Origin: Candidatus Thorarchaeota archaeon
Lineage (GTDB): Archaea; Asgardarchaeota; Thorarchaeia; Thorarchaeales; Thorarchaeaceae
Reading direction: 5' to 3'
Length of the DNA: 14,254 bases
Assembly: GCA_048882385.1 (NCBI GenBank)
Contig: JBHLRQ010000055.1
Location: forward strand, 1-14,254
Below, piece by piece: positions 1 through 8,790 of this stretch. Numbering within the stretch: position 1 is the stretch's first letter; every line of letters begins with the position of its first letter. The notes under the pieces were generated by a model, which saw only the letters and a list, made by a program, of their open reading frames with translations, was not told the origin of the DNA and made no database searches. Both the position numbers and the translations under genes were made by a program.

Positions 1-70
1 AAGTCAATGTGACAATAAACATCGAGAGTATAATGATTGAAATCAAGAGTCGCTTGCTCATATCCCTCAT
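1..70 (-). CDS. 5' end of a secreted/membrane protein running off the window (signal-peptide-like N-terminus)
   Basis: Manual translation from ATG at 70: MRDMSKRLLISIIILSMFIVTLT..., a basic n-region plus hydrophobic h-region, open to the window edge. AGGTG SD-like motif at 71-75 is better spaced for the second in-frame ATG at 61. Not in the ORF track because it is truncated. Confidence 0.7.
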   Translation of the reverse strand, partial: MRDMSKRLLISIIILSMFIVTLT

Positions 71-198
71 CACCTGCAGCCTGATGATTACGTAAACTAG
101 AGACATACCTATTGAAAAGGTATGTCCAGACATATCATGAAATTCATCTAATTATGTTTGCGTTATAAATCAAAAATTAGTTAATTCACAGGTATTGA

Positions 199-3100
199 CT
201 ATTCTCTCTCATCAATGCCACGTTTATTGAGAAATTTATGTAGATCAATATCAGTGTCTGGAAACTCACTCTCCTCGCAAAGAACTATGTATTCCTTTTC
301 AATTGCTTCGCTAACAAGTGTGCATCCTCTAGATTCTGGAACACCATACTTTGACAAGGCTTTAGCAAGGTAGATTGGTTTTGAGCAGTGTTCCGACTCT
401 AGATCAAGTAAGACTTGCTCAATAGATACATATCGCTTTGGCAGCTTCTTTTTGTCACGGATTTTGTGATACTTGAGTAGCTGGCCATCCATTGTCTCAT
501 CAAAAACATAGTTGATAATCTCTGTAATTCTGGTATCCATTACTGATGGTGGTTTGGCCTCCATATAGAAATCATCGAGATATCTGCTGGCCTCTTTCGC
601 AAACTCCTCAATCTTCCTGTTATGCTCAATTGATGCTGAACGCACTGTCACAAAAGCACAGATCAAGTTCCTAGTCTGGACAGCACGAATGATATCAGAT
701 ATTGGAATAACACTCAAAGATTCCTCATCAAGGAATTCAAACTCTTCTCGAAAATGAGTGACAGCTGATATGAAGGCAGCAACAATGCCCTCTTCAAATC
801 CTCCTTTGACAATACGTGAATATATTGGGATACCACTCGCTTTGTGCATCACAATAACTCCGATGATGTTATCAGCATCATCAAAGCGTCTTTGGTTTGC
901 CAGGTCAATCTTGAATTCTGCTTTCTTTTTGCGTATGTAGACAAATCTTCCAGACACAGATATTATAGCGATGGCAGCCACTATTGCAACTGGAGGGCCA
1001 TATATCGTCACCAATATTTGCCAGAGGATACCTGGAGGAGTGTACTGAAGGACTTGATATTCAAAAGTTCCAACTAATTCATAGTTTGCTTTTATAGCAA
1101 AAATACGAATTGAATATCCCGTATCATCAACCCATTGTGGCATAATTGAAACAAAATAGACTCCGGGTGAGTTAGGTAACTCAGACAAGTAACCTTCCAT
1201 CACAATTCCACCAAATCTTGTGAGTCTATAGGAAACATTGGCACCTGAAATTGAAAAATTCGTTTCAGCTTCTACCAGCTGCAGAGAAATTTCTAAGTTG
1301 CTCAAACGAGTCCATAAGGGAGCATCCATGATGACTCTCATTCCTCGTGCTGTAACAAAAAGCGTGAATGATTCGAAATCACTTTGATACCCAGTTTTGT
1401 TCGCATATATGGTAAATTCATAACTTCCTATTCGACTTGCATCCAGAATGATGATATATCCTTCAGCACCGTCAGCAAGTGGTGTGATCATGTAATCCAA
1501 ATTTTCGTAGCTCGTGAAGTTCAGCTGCAAATCAGCCAAGCTTATGTTAATAGGATTGCTACCCGTTTTCTCAAAGAAAACAAGTAGCTCAAATGAGGTT
1601 TCAACTTCTATAGAAGCTGGAGAAGATGTTCCAATAATCTGAAGCTGTGTTGATATCACTGTTGCAGTAAGTGTGAAGGATTTCAGCTGTGTTTCATGAT
1701 CCGCAAGTGATGCTCTAATTAGGAGAGTGAATGTTTCAGTATCGGCTGGAGTTAGAATAAATGAAAAGAACCCATCTCCTTCGCTTGAAGCATTTGAGTG
1801 GCTAATTCCGTTTTCAGGGGTCGTACTAAACACAGCCACGGTGGCATTATCCAAACCATAACCAGTCCCATTAGTAAATCTCACAACCAATCTATATTGC
1901 TCTCCAAAACTGATTACAGCAGAGGTCCCATTCTCTAGGGTGAAAGTAGTAGATTTTTCACCCACAAACATGAAGAGAACGTCCTCTCCAGGATTGTAGT
2001 GATCTTTTGATACTGAGATTGTTATTGCATAACTGTCTGAGTGAATAGCTGTAAATTCGAGTGAGTAGTCACCACCGCCAAGATCGTTCAGTTCTCCCCA
2101 GGTGACTCCATCTGGTGTGCCAGAATAATCAACACTCACATTTGCACCAGGGATACCGATACCGAATGCATCGGAGTATGTGAAAGTTACCAGATATTTA
2201 TCACCTATCCCAACATTAGCAGTTGGATTGTCAATAGTGAGCTCATTATTCGCGAATCTGATTGTAATTGTGAATGTACATGATGAATCGTCATAATAGG
2301 GACTGCTTGCATTGACAACAACAAGATGGGAACCAGGTCCTACCAAAGAGGTGTCGAAGTTACCAATCCATCTGTTTAGAAGAGGGTCTGGCACGAAGTT
2401 GATTGTCGTAGATGACCAGTTTGCTGAAATTGATGCAAGAGGATTGGTCAGGAATTCACTATTGTCTGAGTCTTGGAAGTAGACAAAGTTAGAAATGATT
2501 TGTCCACTTTCGATTTCATCAGAGCTCCAATGAGGGGTGAGTGTTGTTTTATGATAAACTTGGAAACTGGCACTACCAAATGCTAATTCGGTTCCGTTGC
2601 TCCAAAACACTATGACTTCCCAAATTCCTGCGGTTGTATTAGTGGCTCCAACCTCCAACTGGGTACCGTTGATAGCACCATCTATCCCCCCACTTATCAA
2701 CTCAGTAAACCATTTTGTGTCGTCAGGCATCAACCAAGTAATGTTGACATCTTGTAAGGACCCTAGAATCGGAGCAGTATCGCCGATTTCGATCATCGGT
2801 TTTGTAACGTTTGTACTTCTAAACAAAGTATCTGGAAGCCAGGTCATTCCAGGTTCGATTAGCTTCAGAGTCTGTATATTTCTAGCGTAATTTGGAGCGT
2901 TTATGTGAATCTCCCACCATCCCAGGTTGTCCAAAGTAAGAATTGAATTTGGAATCACAATCAATCCAGAAGTGATTGAACAGGATGATGTCACAACTGT
3001 GCCAGATGGATTATAGATTGTGGCATTCTCCCAATCAAATGGAGTGTTAATGAACATAGTAAAATCATCCAACACGGGCAATGTACCAATAAAGGTGTAA

Positions 3101-4251
3101 AACTCGATTAGCGACGGAGTATTCAACTCTGCATTAAAATGAACACCATCATCTAGAAGAGTGAGTGACTTTGTAGAATTGATATATCTGTGACTCAACA
3201 AGGTGGCTATGTAATCAAATGAATAAGCAAGATCACTAGTAAGCTCAATCATGACATCATCAGTCTGCCAGAGTGATGAGTTAGTTATACTTGCATACCC
3301 TGTAGTGGCTCCAATTACTGTAGCTGAATTCAAACCGATGTCCATTGTTATTGCAGCAGCGTCAAAGGTAGGATTAGTCGCACCAAGGAATTGGATATTG
3401 TCGAGTATGAATCCAATGAATTGTTTATTGTGATAGAAAGATCCATTCATGTAAATTCCGATTTTGAATTCAAACTGGCTATCGATACCTGACAATCCAA
3501 CCTGAATATTCCCACTATTGTACCACAATGAAGTTGTCATGGTTTCAGTAGTATTCGTCCAAATCTCGATATCATTAGCAAATACCTTGAGCGTTACATT
3601 CGAGCTCAGATCAGGACCTTGATCGTAAAGGTAGTCAAAATTGAGAATGAAGTTCTCCAAATATGGTGTATTGTTCACAAACTGGGTCCAATAGACATAG
3701 GATCCATTAGCATAGAAATAGTTGCCTCCTGTCCCATATCCGTTTGCAGTTACTCCAATCTCTTGGTTGGTGTATTCTGCAAGCATATCCATTGACGGAT
3801 CACTACCGCCACTAATAGCATCCCAACCATATGGATAGAAAGAAACGCCACCAGTTGGATTTGTGGTTTGTCCCTCGATTCCCTCTGATAGACTACCATT
3901 TGCGACATATAATCTCTTGAGATTCCAGAGATTGACAGAGGCTCTACTACCAACCCAATTATTTGCTGTATCAAGTGTCAGAGCTGTTTTAACATTGGTT
4001 TTTGAATCAGTTGCAGCTTGTAAAGTAGCTGAAGTCTTGTTTCCTCTCTGTTCAATAATAGCAGGATTGAGATTTGCACCAATTGTGAAATGATCTGAGA
4101 GAAGATTAGTTTCCTGAGGTTTTAGTTCGTGAGCCTTACCAGCTGTTTTTGGCTCAAAGTAGTTGTCAATAGAACCTGTATCAAGGGGATTAGAGATTCC
4201 ACTAGCTAGAATAATGAGTACAATTACAGCTAGTATTGCTCCTCTTTTCAA
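199..4251 (-). CDS. Giant single-pass membrane protein: Ig-like/beta-sandwich ectodomain, TM helix, cytoplasmic longin-like plus winged-helix-like domains (paralog A)
   Basis: 1357-aa ORF. Likely start is TTG 4251 (GAGGT 7 nt upstream, giving MKRGAILAVIVLIILASG); TTG 4272 is the alternative. About 5 repeated ~100-aa beta-rich units, TM PPVAIVAAIAIISVSG followed by RKKK, and a C-terminal IIGVIVMHKASGIPIYSRIVKGGFEEGIVAAFISAVTHFREE longin-type pattern. Confidence 0.85.
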   Translation of the reverse strand: MKRGAILAVIVLIILASGISNPLDTGSIDNYFEPKTAGKAHELKPQETNLLSDHFTIGANLNPAIIEQRGNKTSATLQAATDSKTNVKTALTLDTANNWVGSRASVNLWNLKRLYVANGSLSEGIEGQTTNPTGGVSFYPYGWDAISGGSDPSMDMLAEYTNQEIGVTANGYGTGGNYFYANGSYVYWTQFVNNTPYLENFILNFDYLYDQGPDLSSNVTLKVFANDIEIWTNTTETMTTSLWYNSGNIQVGLSGIDSQFEFKIGIYMNGSFYHNKQFIGFILDNIQFLGATNPTFDAAAITMDIGLNSATVIGATTGYASITNSSLWQTDDVMIELTSDLAYSFDYIATLLSHRYINSTKSLTLLDDGVHFNAELNTPSLIEFYTFIGTLPVLDDFTMFINTPFDWENATIYNPSGTVVTSSCSITSGLIVIPNSILTLDNLGWWEIHINAPNYARNIQTLKLIEPGMTWLPDTLFRSTNVTKPMIEIGDTAPILGSLQDVNITWLMPDDTKWFTELISGGIDGAINGTQLEVGATNTTAGIWEVIVFWSNGTELAFGSASFQVYHKTTLTPHWSSDEIESGQIISNFVYFQDSDNSEFLTNPLASISANWSSTTINFVPDPLLNRWIGNFDTSLVGPGSHLVVVNASSPYYDDSSCTFTITIRFANNELTIDNPTANVGIGDKYLVTFTYSDAFGIGIPGANVSVDYSGTPDGVTWGELNDLGGGDYSLEFTAIHSDSYAITISVSKDHYNPGEDVLFMFVGEKSTTFTLENGTSAVISFGEQYRLVVRFTNGTGYGLDNATVAVFSTTPENGISHSNASSEGDGFFSFILTPADTETFTLLIRASLADHETQLKSFTLTATVISTQLQIIGTSSPASIEVETSFELLVFFEKTGSNPINISLADLQLNFTSYENLDYMITPLADGAEGYIIILDASRIGSYEFTIYANKTGYQSDFESFTLFVTARGMRVIMDAPLWTRLSNLEISLQLVEAETNFSISGANVSYRLTRFGGIVMEGYLSELPNSPGVYFVSIMPQWVDDTGYSIRIFAIKANYELVGTFEYQVLQYTPPGILWQILVTIYGPPVAIVAAIAIISVSGRFVYIRKKKAEFKIDLANQRRFDDADNIIGVIVMHKASGIPIYSRIVKGGFEEGIVAAFISAVTHFREEFEFLDEESLSVIPISDIIRAVQTRNLICAFVTVRSASIEHNRKIEEFAKEASRYLDDFYMEAKPPSVMDTRITEIINYVFDETMDGQLLKYHKIRDKKKLPKRYVSIEQVLLDLESEHCSKPIYLAKALSKYGVPESRGCTLVSEAIEKEYIVLCEESEFPDTDIDLHKFLNKRGIDERE

Positions 4252-4355
4252 GCTTGCAACCTCTGAGCCCAAAAATAGAGCAATTCATCCTAGTTATAAC
4301 TATAATTCGTATCAGAAAACAATGAAAAATTGCCTGACCTTCCAATTATTGGAAA

Positions 4356-7300
4356 TCACGCAGATTCAGATAGTCCTTCATCATTACGGGGATAAAGAGG
4401 AACAATATAATCTTCTTCGAGGGATTTGACAATCTTGATGTAAACATCATCCTCTGAAATGTGAGTGGAAGTCAATAAACGTACTAACCGAACAAGATTG
4501 AATGAACCTTCGGTTTCCTCTAATGAAATTGCTTTTTCTATGAATTTCAGTGATCTTGGAAACTTCTTGTCACCTACTTTGTAACTCCTAACAAGACTAC
4601 CATCCATAAGATCATCAAATAACCACTCGATCGATTTGCCTGTTTTGGAATCGATGACTTCAGCACTATGGTGTGCAAGAGTATCATCAAACATCATGCC
4701 AATTGCACGGGTATAGCTGATCATTCTTGTTTCCTGTTCTGTTGATGGTGACGTGATAGTAATAAAGGCGCACACTAGATTTTCAGTGGGAACTGTACGA
4801 ATAACGTCGGATATTGGAATCAGATTATATGTTGTTGATGGAGCCTTTGAATTCATTTCTTCTCGGAAATGCATACTGGCTGTGATGAATGCAGAAAGCA
4901 TTCCTTCTTCGAATCCACCCTTGAATATCATTGAGTAGATTGGTACTCCGCTCAACTTGTGAAGAACTATAAATCCGAGAATATTATTTGCATCGTCAAA
5001 CCGATTCTTGATTTTTACAGCTCTGACGTGTTTTTCTCTTCTTCTTCTAGATCTGACTCGTTGTCCAGCAATTGTAGCAATGGCGAATGTTGCTAAGATA
5101 CCAATTGGCCAGCGATATGTAATCAATGTCTGAATCAACCGAGCACTAGTATCGACTAATGGAACAAGAGTTGCGCTGAAATCTTGCGCCATTTCATGAT
5201 GGTCCTTCTCGATTGAAATCCTTACAGTATATGTTCCACTTGTAGCATCTGGCATAACTATAGAGGTTGCATAAACACCTGGATTTGTTTCATTCATTAG
5301 GGTGTCAAAGTGGAGGAGACCACCAGGTCGATAGATAGCTAGAGTAACATTGGCATCAGAAACCAAATTCCGCGTATCGGATTCGACTACCTGAACTTCG
5401 ATACTGAGCGGAGAATACTCGGATCCTACTAATGTTGAAATTGATGCCACTTCGACAGCCACGTTATTAACAAGGAATGAGAGAACATGAGTTTGGTTCT
5501 CGAATCCAACCTTAGAGAAGCGGATACGAATGCTGTAATCACTAGGTTCCAATGGAATCAGTGTCAGGTTATAATGACCATTGCCAGAATTCTCAATGGA
5601 TGTCCACTCAGACCCTTCATCATAAACCTCCACTGTCGCGCTGTCAATCCCTGTTCCATTGTAAGACATGGCATAGAAGTAATCAAAGCTATATTCTCTT
5701 CCATATATTAGGGGCTCCAACGGTCCAGTTGGAGCATCAAGTGTTGTTAGGAAATGAGAAATAATCGTAATCTCAAGAGGCGTGGTTTCAAAGTAAGAAG
5801 CCGTAGATACGATATTGACTATGAATTCACCTGCACCCACTTCAGCAGTATCGAAATCAGCTTGCCACCAATTGTTCACCAAATCAGAGGTGAAGGAAAC
5901 ATCTGTGCCAGCCCACTGTCCAACTATTGAAGCTCCATCATTCAGAAGGTATTGACCAGTTTCATTATCTTTGAAGTTTATTACCACTGTCACAGGTTGA
6001 CCAACGACAGTAGATAGAGTATCAGAAAAGACCAATTCTAATACAGATGTGTGATGCAATTCAAAATCATAGCATCTGTATGCTAATTCAGAACCATTTG
6101 ACCAAAGATATCGAACACCCCATATGCCAGCTGTTGTGTTCGTGGGCCCAAATGTAACAGGAGAACTGATAGCAGAACCCAGTCCACCAGATGAGCTTGA
6201 TTCAAACCAGATCGTGCAATTTGGTAATGCCCAAGTAAAATTGACAGGATCGGATATAACAGGAGTTTCGAAAACGGTTCCAATAGAAACCGATAGGCGA
6301 GCTAAATCAAAACTATGGAAAACATTCTCGTTCACCCAACCTGGAAATCCTGGGTCATATCGCTCAACCTCAGCTGAAGATGCATAGTTTGGTGCATCAC
6401 ACGTGATTTTCCACCATCCAAGTCGATCAAGAATAGATTCAGGGATGGTAATGACTTGACTTCCAAATATGCAGCTAGAAGATACATCACTCAAGAAAGG
6501 ATCATGGACTGTAAAGTTCTCCCAATCACCGGGATGGAATATTTTTAGTACTAGGTCATCATAGATACCATAGTATCCAATATATGTGTAAATCTCCAAT
6601 ATGCTATTTTTCCCAGATTCAATTGAATAAGCTACTCCTTGTTCCAAGATGTCCGTAGTCCAACTCGAATTTATGAATCTGTGATTCAACAATTTTACGG
6701 AGTAATCAAAACTAATGGAAACGTTTGAATCGAATGATATTGGAAGACTGGAATCAGACCAATAGGAGCTGTTAATAATAGTACAAGTCCCAACACCTAA
6801 AGATTCAGTGACCGTTTTACTAGCACTCCCTGCATTGAATGTTAGACCAACCTGTTCTGGTATAGGAGGTGTATTTCCAGTGAAAACAACATCATCAATC
6901 ATTACAGTAAGATAGTTTGAATCGAGAAAACCATAGTCAGTAGGATAAAGAGCTAAATTTGAATTAATTGCGAGACGCACATCAAATTCGAAGGTGTCTG
7001 GTGCTCCGACAACACTGACATTTATTGCGCCCGAAGAATACCAAACATCCCTGCTTCCAAGTTCTGGCAAACTCTGATTCCAATAACGAGTACCATTAAT
7101 CCAAACCTCTAAACAAATAACATCATCGAGAGAAACATCCAAGGGTCCATTAAGATATAAGAAATTCAAACTGAAAACAAAGTCCTCTAAATAAGGTCGG
7201 TTATCAATCATCTGTGACCAAGTGACTCTCGTATCTGCATCATGTAGAAACCTTGTGTTTGAACCAGTTCCAGCAATGTCACCCTCATTTTCTAGACTCA

Positions 7301-7862
7301 CGAAGTTGTTCTGGCTTTCAATGTACTCACTTCTTTGAATTGTGTTAGGGTTTGTTGAATAGCTATAAGAAGTCCATCCAAATGGGTAATATGAAGCAGA
7401 ACCATCAGGATTTTCATTTACACCTGGAATTCCCTCGTCGAACGTTCCATTTACCGCATATAACCTCTTGAGATTCGTTACAGTGGCATTTGCTTCACTT
7501 GCTACCCAGTCATGAAGTGTATCGATATCCAGTGTATCGTTTATGTTTTCCATTGTATCTGTACGTGCAGATACACTACCAGTTCCAGAGTATCCTATCT
7601 GTTCGATAGGAATAGAATCTATTGCCCCGGACGCGGGGATTGTGGTGTGGGTTTCAGAAAGTGTCCAAATATCCTGAAACAGCGAAACAGGAGATACAGA
7701 GCTTTCAGGTTCCAGAGGAGAGGGAAAGCTTCTATTGTCTATTGGTATAGAAGAATCAATAGACGAAAGTTCCTCTGAGAATTGCCTAGAAAAGTGAGAT
7801 ATAGGAAATGCAATGAGAAGTATAAGAAGTATGCTCATGTTTCTACTATTTCCTATGTGCAT
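4356..7862 (-). CDS. Giant single-pass membrane protein, paralog B (Ig-like ectodomain, TM, longin-like plus winged-helix-like tail)
   Basis: 1185-aa ORF, start uncertain (ATG 7874/7868/7862/7838; TTG 7913 in track). Colinear with paralog A (NLKRLYxxNG, YPxGW, PYLExF, LGWWxI, TNTTAGIW, WSNGxELA, RFDDAxNI, KGGFEEG). TM WPIGILATFAIATIAG followed by RVRSRRRR. Confidence 0.85.
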   Translation of the reverse strand: MHIGNSRNMSILLILLIAFPISHFSRQFSEELSSIDSSIPIDNRSFPSPLEPESSVSPVSLFQDIWTLSETHTTIPASGAIDSIPIEQIGYSGTGSVSARTDTMENINDTLDIDTLHDWVASEANATVTNLKRLYAVNGTFDEGIPGVNENPDGSASYYPFGWTSYSYSTNPNTIQRSEYIESQNNFVSLENEGDIAGTGSNTRFLHDADTRVTWSQMIDNRPYLEDFVFSLNFLYLNGPLDVSLDDVICLEVWINGTRYWNQSLPELGSRDVWYSSGAINVSVVGAPDTFEFDVRLAINSNLALYPTDYGFLDSNYLTVMIDDVVFTGNTPPIPEQVGLTFNAGSASKTVTESLGVGTCTIINSSYWSDSSLPISFDSNVSISFDYSVKLLNHRFINSSWTTDILEQGVAYSIESGKNSILEIYTYIGYYGIYDDLVLKIFHPGDWENFTVHDPFLSDVSSSCIFGSQVITIPESILDRLGWWKITCDAPNYASSAEVERYDPGFPGWVNENVFHSFDLARLSVSIGTVFETPVISDPVNFTWALPNCTIWFESSSSGGLGSAISSPVTFGPTNTTAGIWGVRYLWSNGSELAYRCYDFELHHTSVLELVFSDTLSTVVGQPVTVVINFKDNETGQYLLNDGASIVGQWAGTDVSFTSDLVNNWWQADFDTAEVGAGEFIVNIVSTASYFETTPLEITIISHFLTTLDAPTGPLEPLIYGREYSFDYFYAMSYNGTGIDSATVEVYDEGSEWTSIENSGNGHYNLTLIPLEPSDYSIRIRFSKVGFENQTHVLSFLVNNVAVEVASISTLVGSEYSPLSIEVQVVESDTRNLVSDANVTLAIYRPGGLLHFDTLMNETNPGVYATSIVMPDATSGTYTVRISIEKDHHEMAQDFSATLVPLVDTSARLIQTLITYRWPIGILATFAIATIAGQRVRSRRRREKHVRAVKIKNRFDDANNILGFIVLHKLSGVPIYSMIFKGGFEEGMLSAFITASMHFREEMNSKAPSTTYNLIPISDVIRTVPTENLVCAFITITSPSTEQETRMISYTRAIGMMFDDTLAHHSAEVIDSKTGKSIEWLFDDLMDGSLVRSYKVGDKKFPRSLKFIEKAISLEETEGSFNLVRLVRLLTSTHISEDDVYIKIVKSLEEDYIVPLYPRNDEGLSESA

Positions 7863-7946
7863 CCCCATAAACATCCAAAGCAGATTTCTAAGAGGTTGAG
7901 TCCAGAAAGTCAATATAATCTTACTTCGGATATCAGTTAATATTCA

Positions 7947-8759
7947 CTATTCACCATTCGTTACAATACGTCCTTGAGCAATGACATCGTGTTTGTGGAT
8001 GCTCTCAAGAGACCTGGCTTCAGCAAACATCTCAAGGTCCCGATCCTGATATTTCTCCTTTGCATGCTGGAGAATGTTCCGGCAGACATCTTCAACAAGC
8101 AGAGGATTATCATGCATCTCTTTTGTGACATGAACCTCATCCTCTAGCTTCAAGAGAGAGTATGTCTTGCTGGAGAAGGACCTTTCAATTATCTCAATCA
8201 TGGTCCCGTAAGTCGGAATCTCCTCCACTTCACCAACTATTCGCAACTTTCCAAATGCTCGTTGAATATGCGTTAATCCAGCATTATTTGCCATGCAGTG
8301 TGGACAGACAGTATTTCCAATGACCTTTACTTCCACATCATGCATGAATGGTTTGCCCTCTTCCATCGTAGTTTTTGCAGTGACATCACAGACCTCCCAG
8401 GTCCGTTTTTTAGAAACCGGAGTATGACTCACATAGCCAAACTCAAAATCGAACTTCACTTCACCACGCTTGAAGCTATGTTTCTTTGAGAGACCTTCTA
8501 GAATACGCATCTGGAGGTGTTCAATGGAGGAGTGAACTCTAAATTGGTCACTGAGCTCCTCTGTCATTGATTCAACAAGACGGGACATATGGACGCCCTT
8601 CAACTCTGCGGATAGATCGATTGTGATATCGACTTTTGGCAGGATATGATGTCTAAGACCACTACGCTCAGTTATCACAAAGGTCTTGAGATTCTTTACC
8701 CCAACCTTGCTAAGTTGAATCCTGTGTTTTGGTCGTTCGTTTTGAGTATCAATCACCAA
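7947..8759 (-). CDS. mptA: GTP cyclohydrolase IB family (FolE2/MptA)
   Basis: Family motifs DTQxExP...LSKVGV, KGVHMSRL, TVCP, THIQR, YSLLKxxDE, NPxxVED, ESIHxHD. Probable start TTG 8759 or GTG 8756 after GAGG. The track start at 8834 overlaps the upstream gene. Confidence 0.88.
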   Translation of the reverse strand: MVIDTQNERPKHRIQLSKVGVKNLKTFVITERSGLRHHILPKVDITIDLSAELKGVHMSRLVESMTEELSDQFRVHSSIEHLQMRILEGLSKKHSFKRGEVKFDFEFGYVSHTPVSKKRTWEVCDVTAKTTMEEGKPFMHDVEVKVIGNTVCPHCMANNAGLTHIQRAFGKLRIVGEVEEIPTYGTMIEIIERSFSSKTYSLLKLEDEVHVTKEMHDNPLLVEDVCRNILQHAKEKYQDRDLEMFAEARSLESIHKHDVIAQGRIVTNGE

Positions 8760-8790
8760 GTTGTACGCCTCATGGATGTCCGGGATGCAA

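Noticed and set aside
199-7862. Recent DNA duplication, DGR target/template repeats or CRISPR-like repeats within the giant genes
   Set aside because: Similarity is mainly at protein level with only short nucleotide identities (e.g. ctcttgagattc). No adenine-specific repeat pair, reverse transcriptase or spaced direct repeats were seen.
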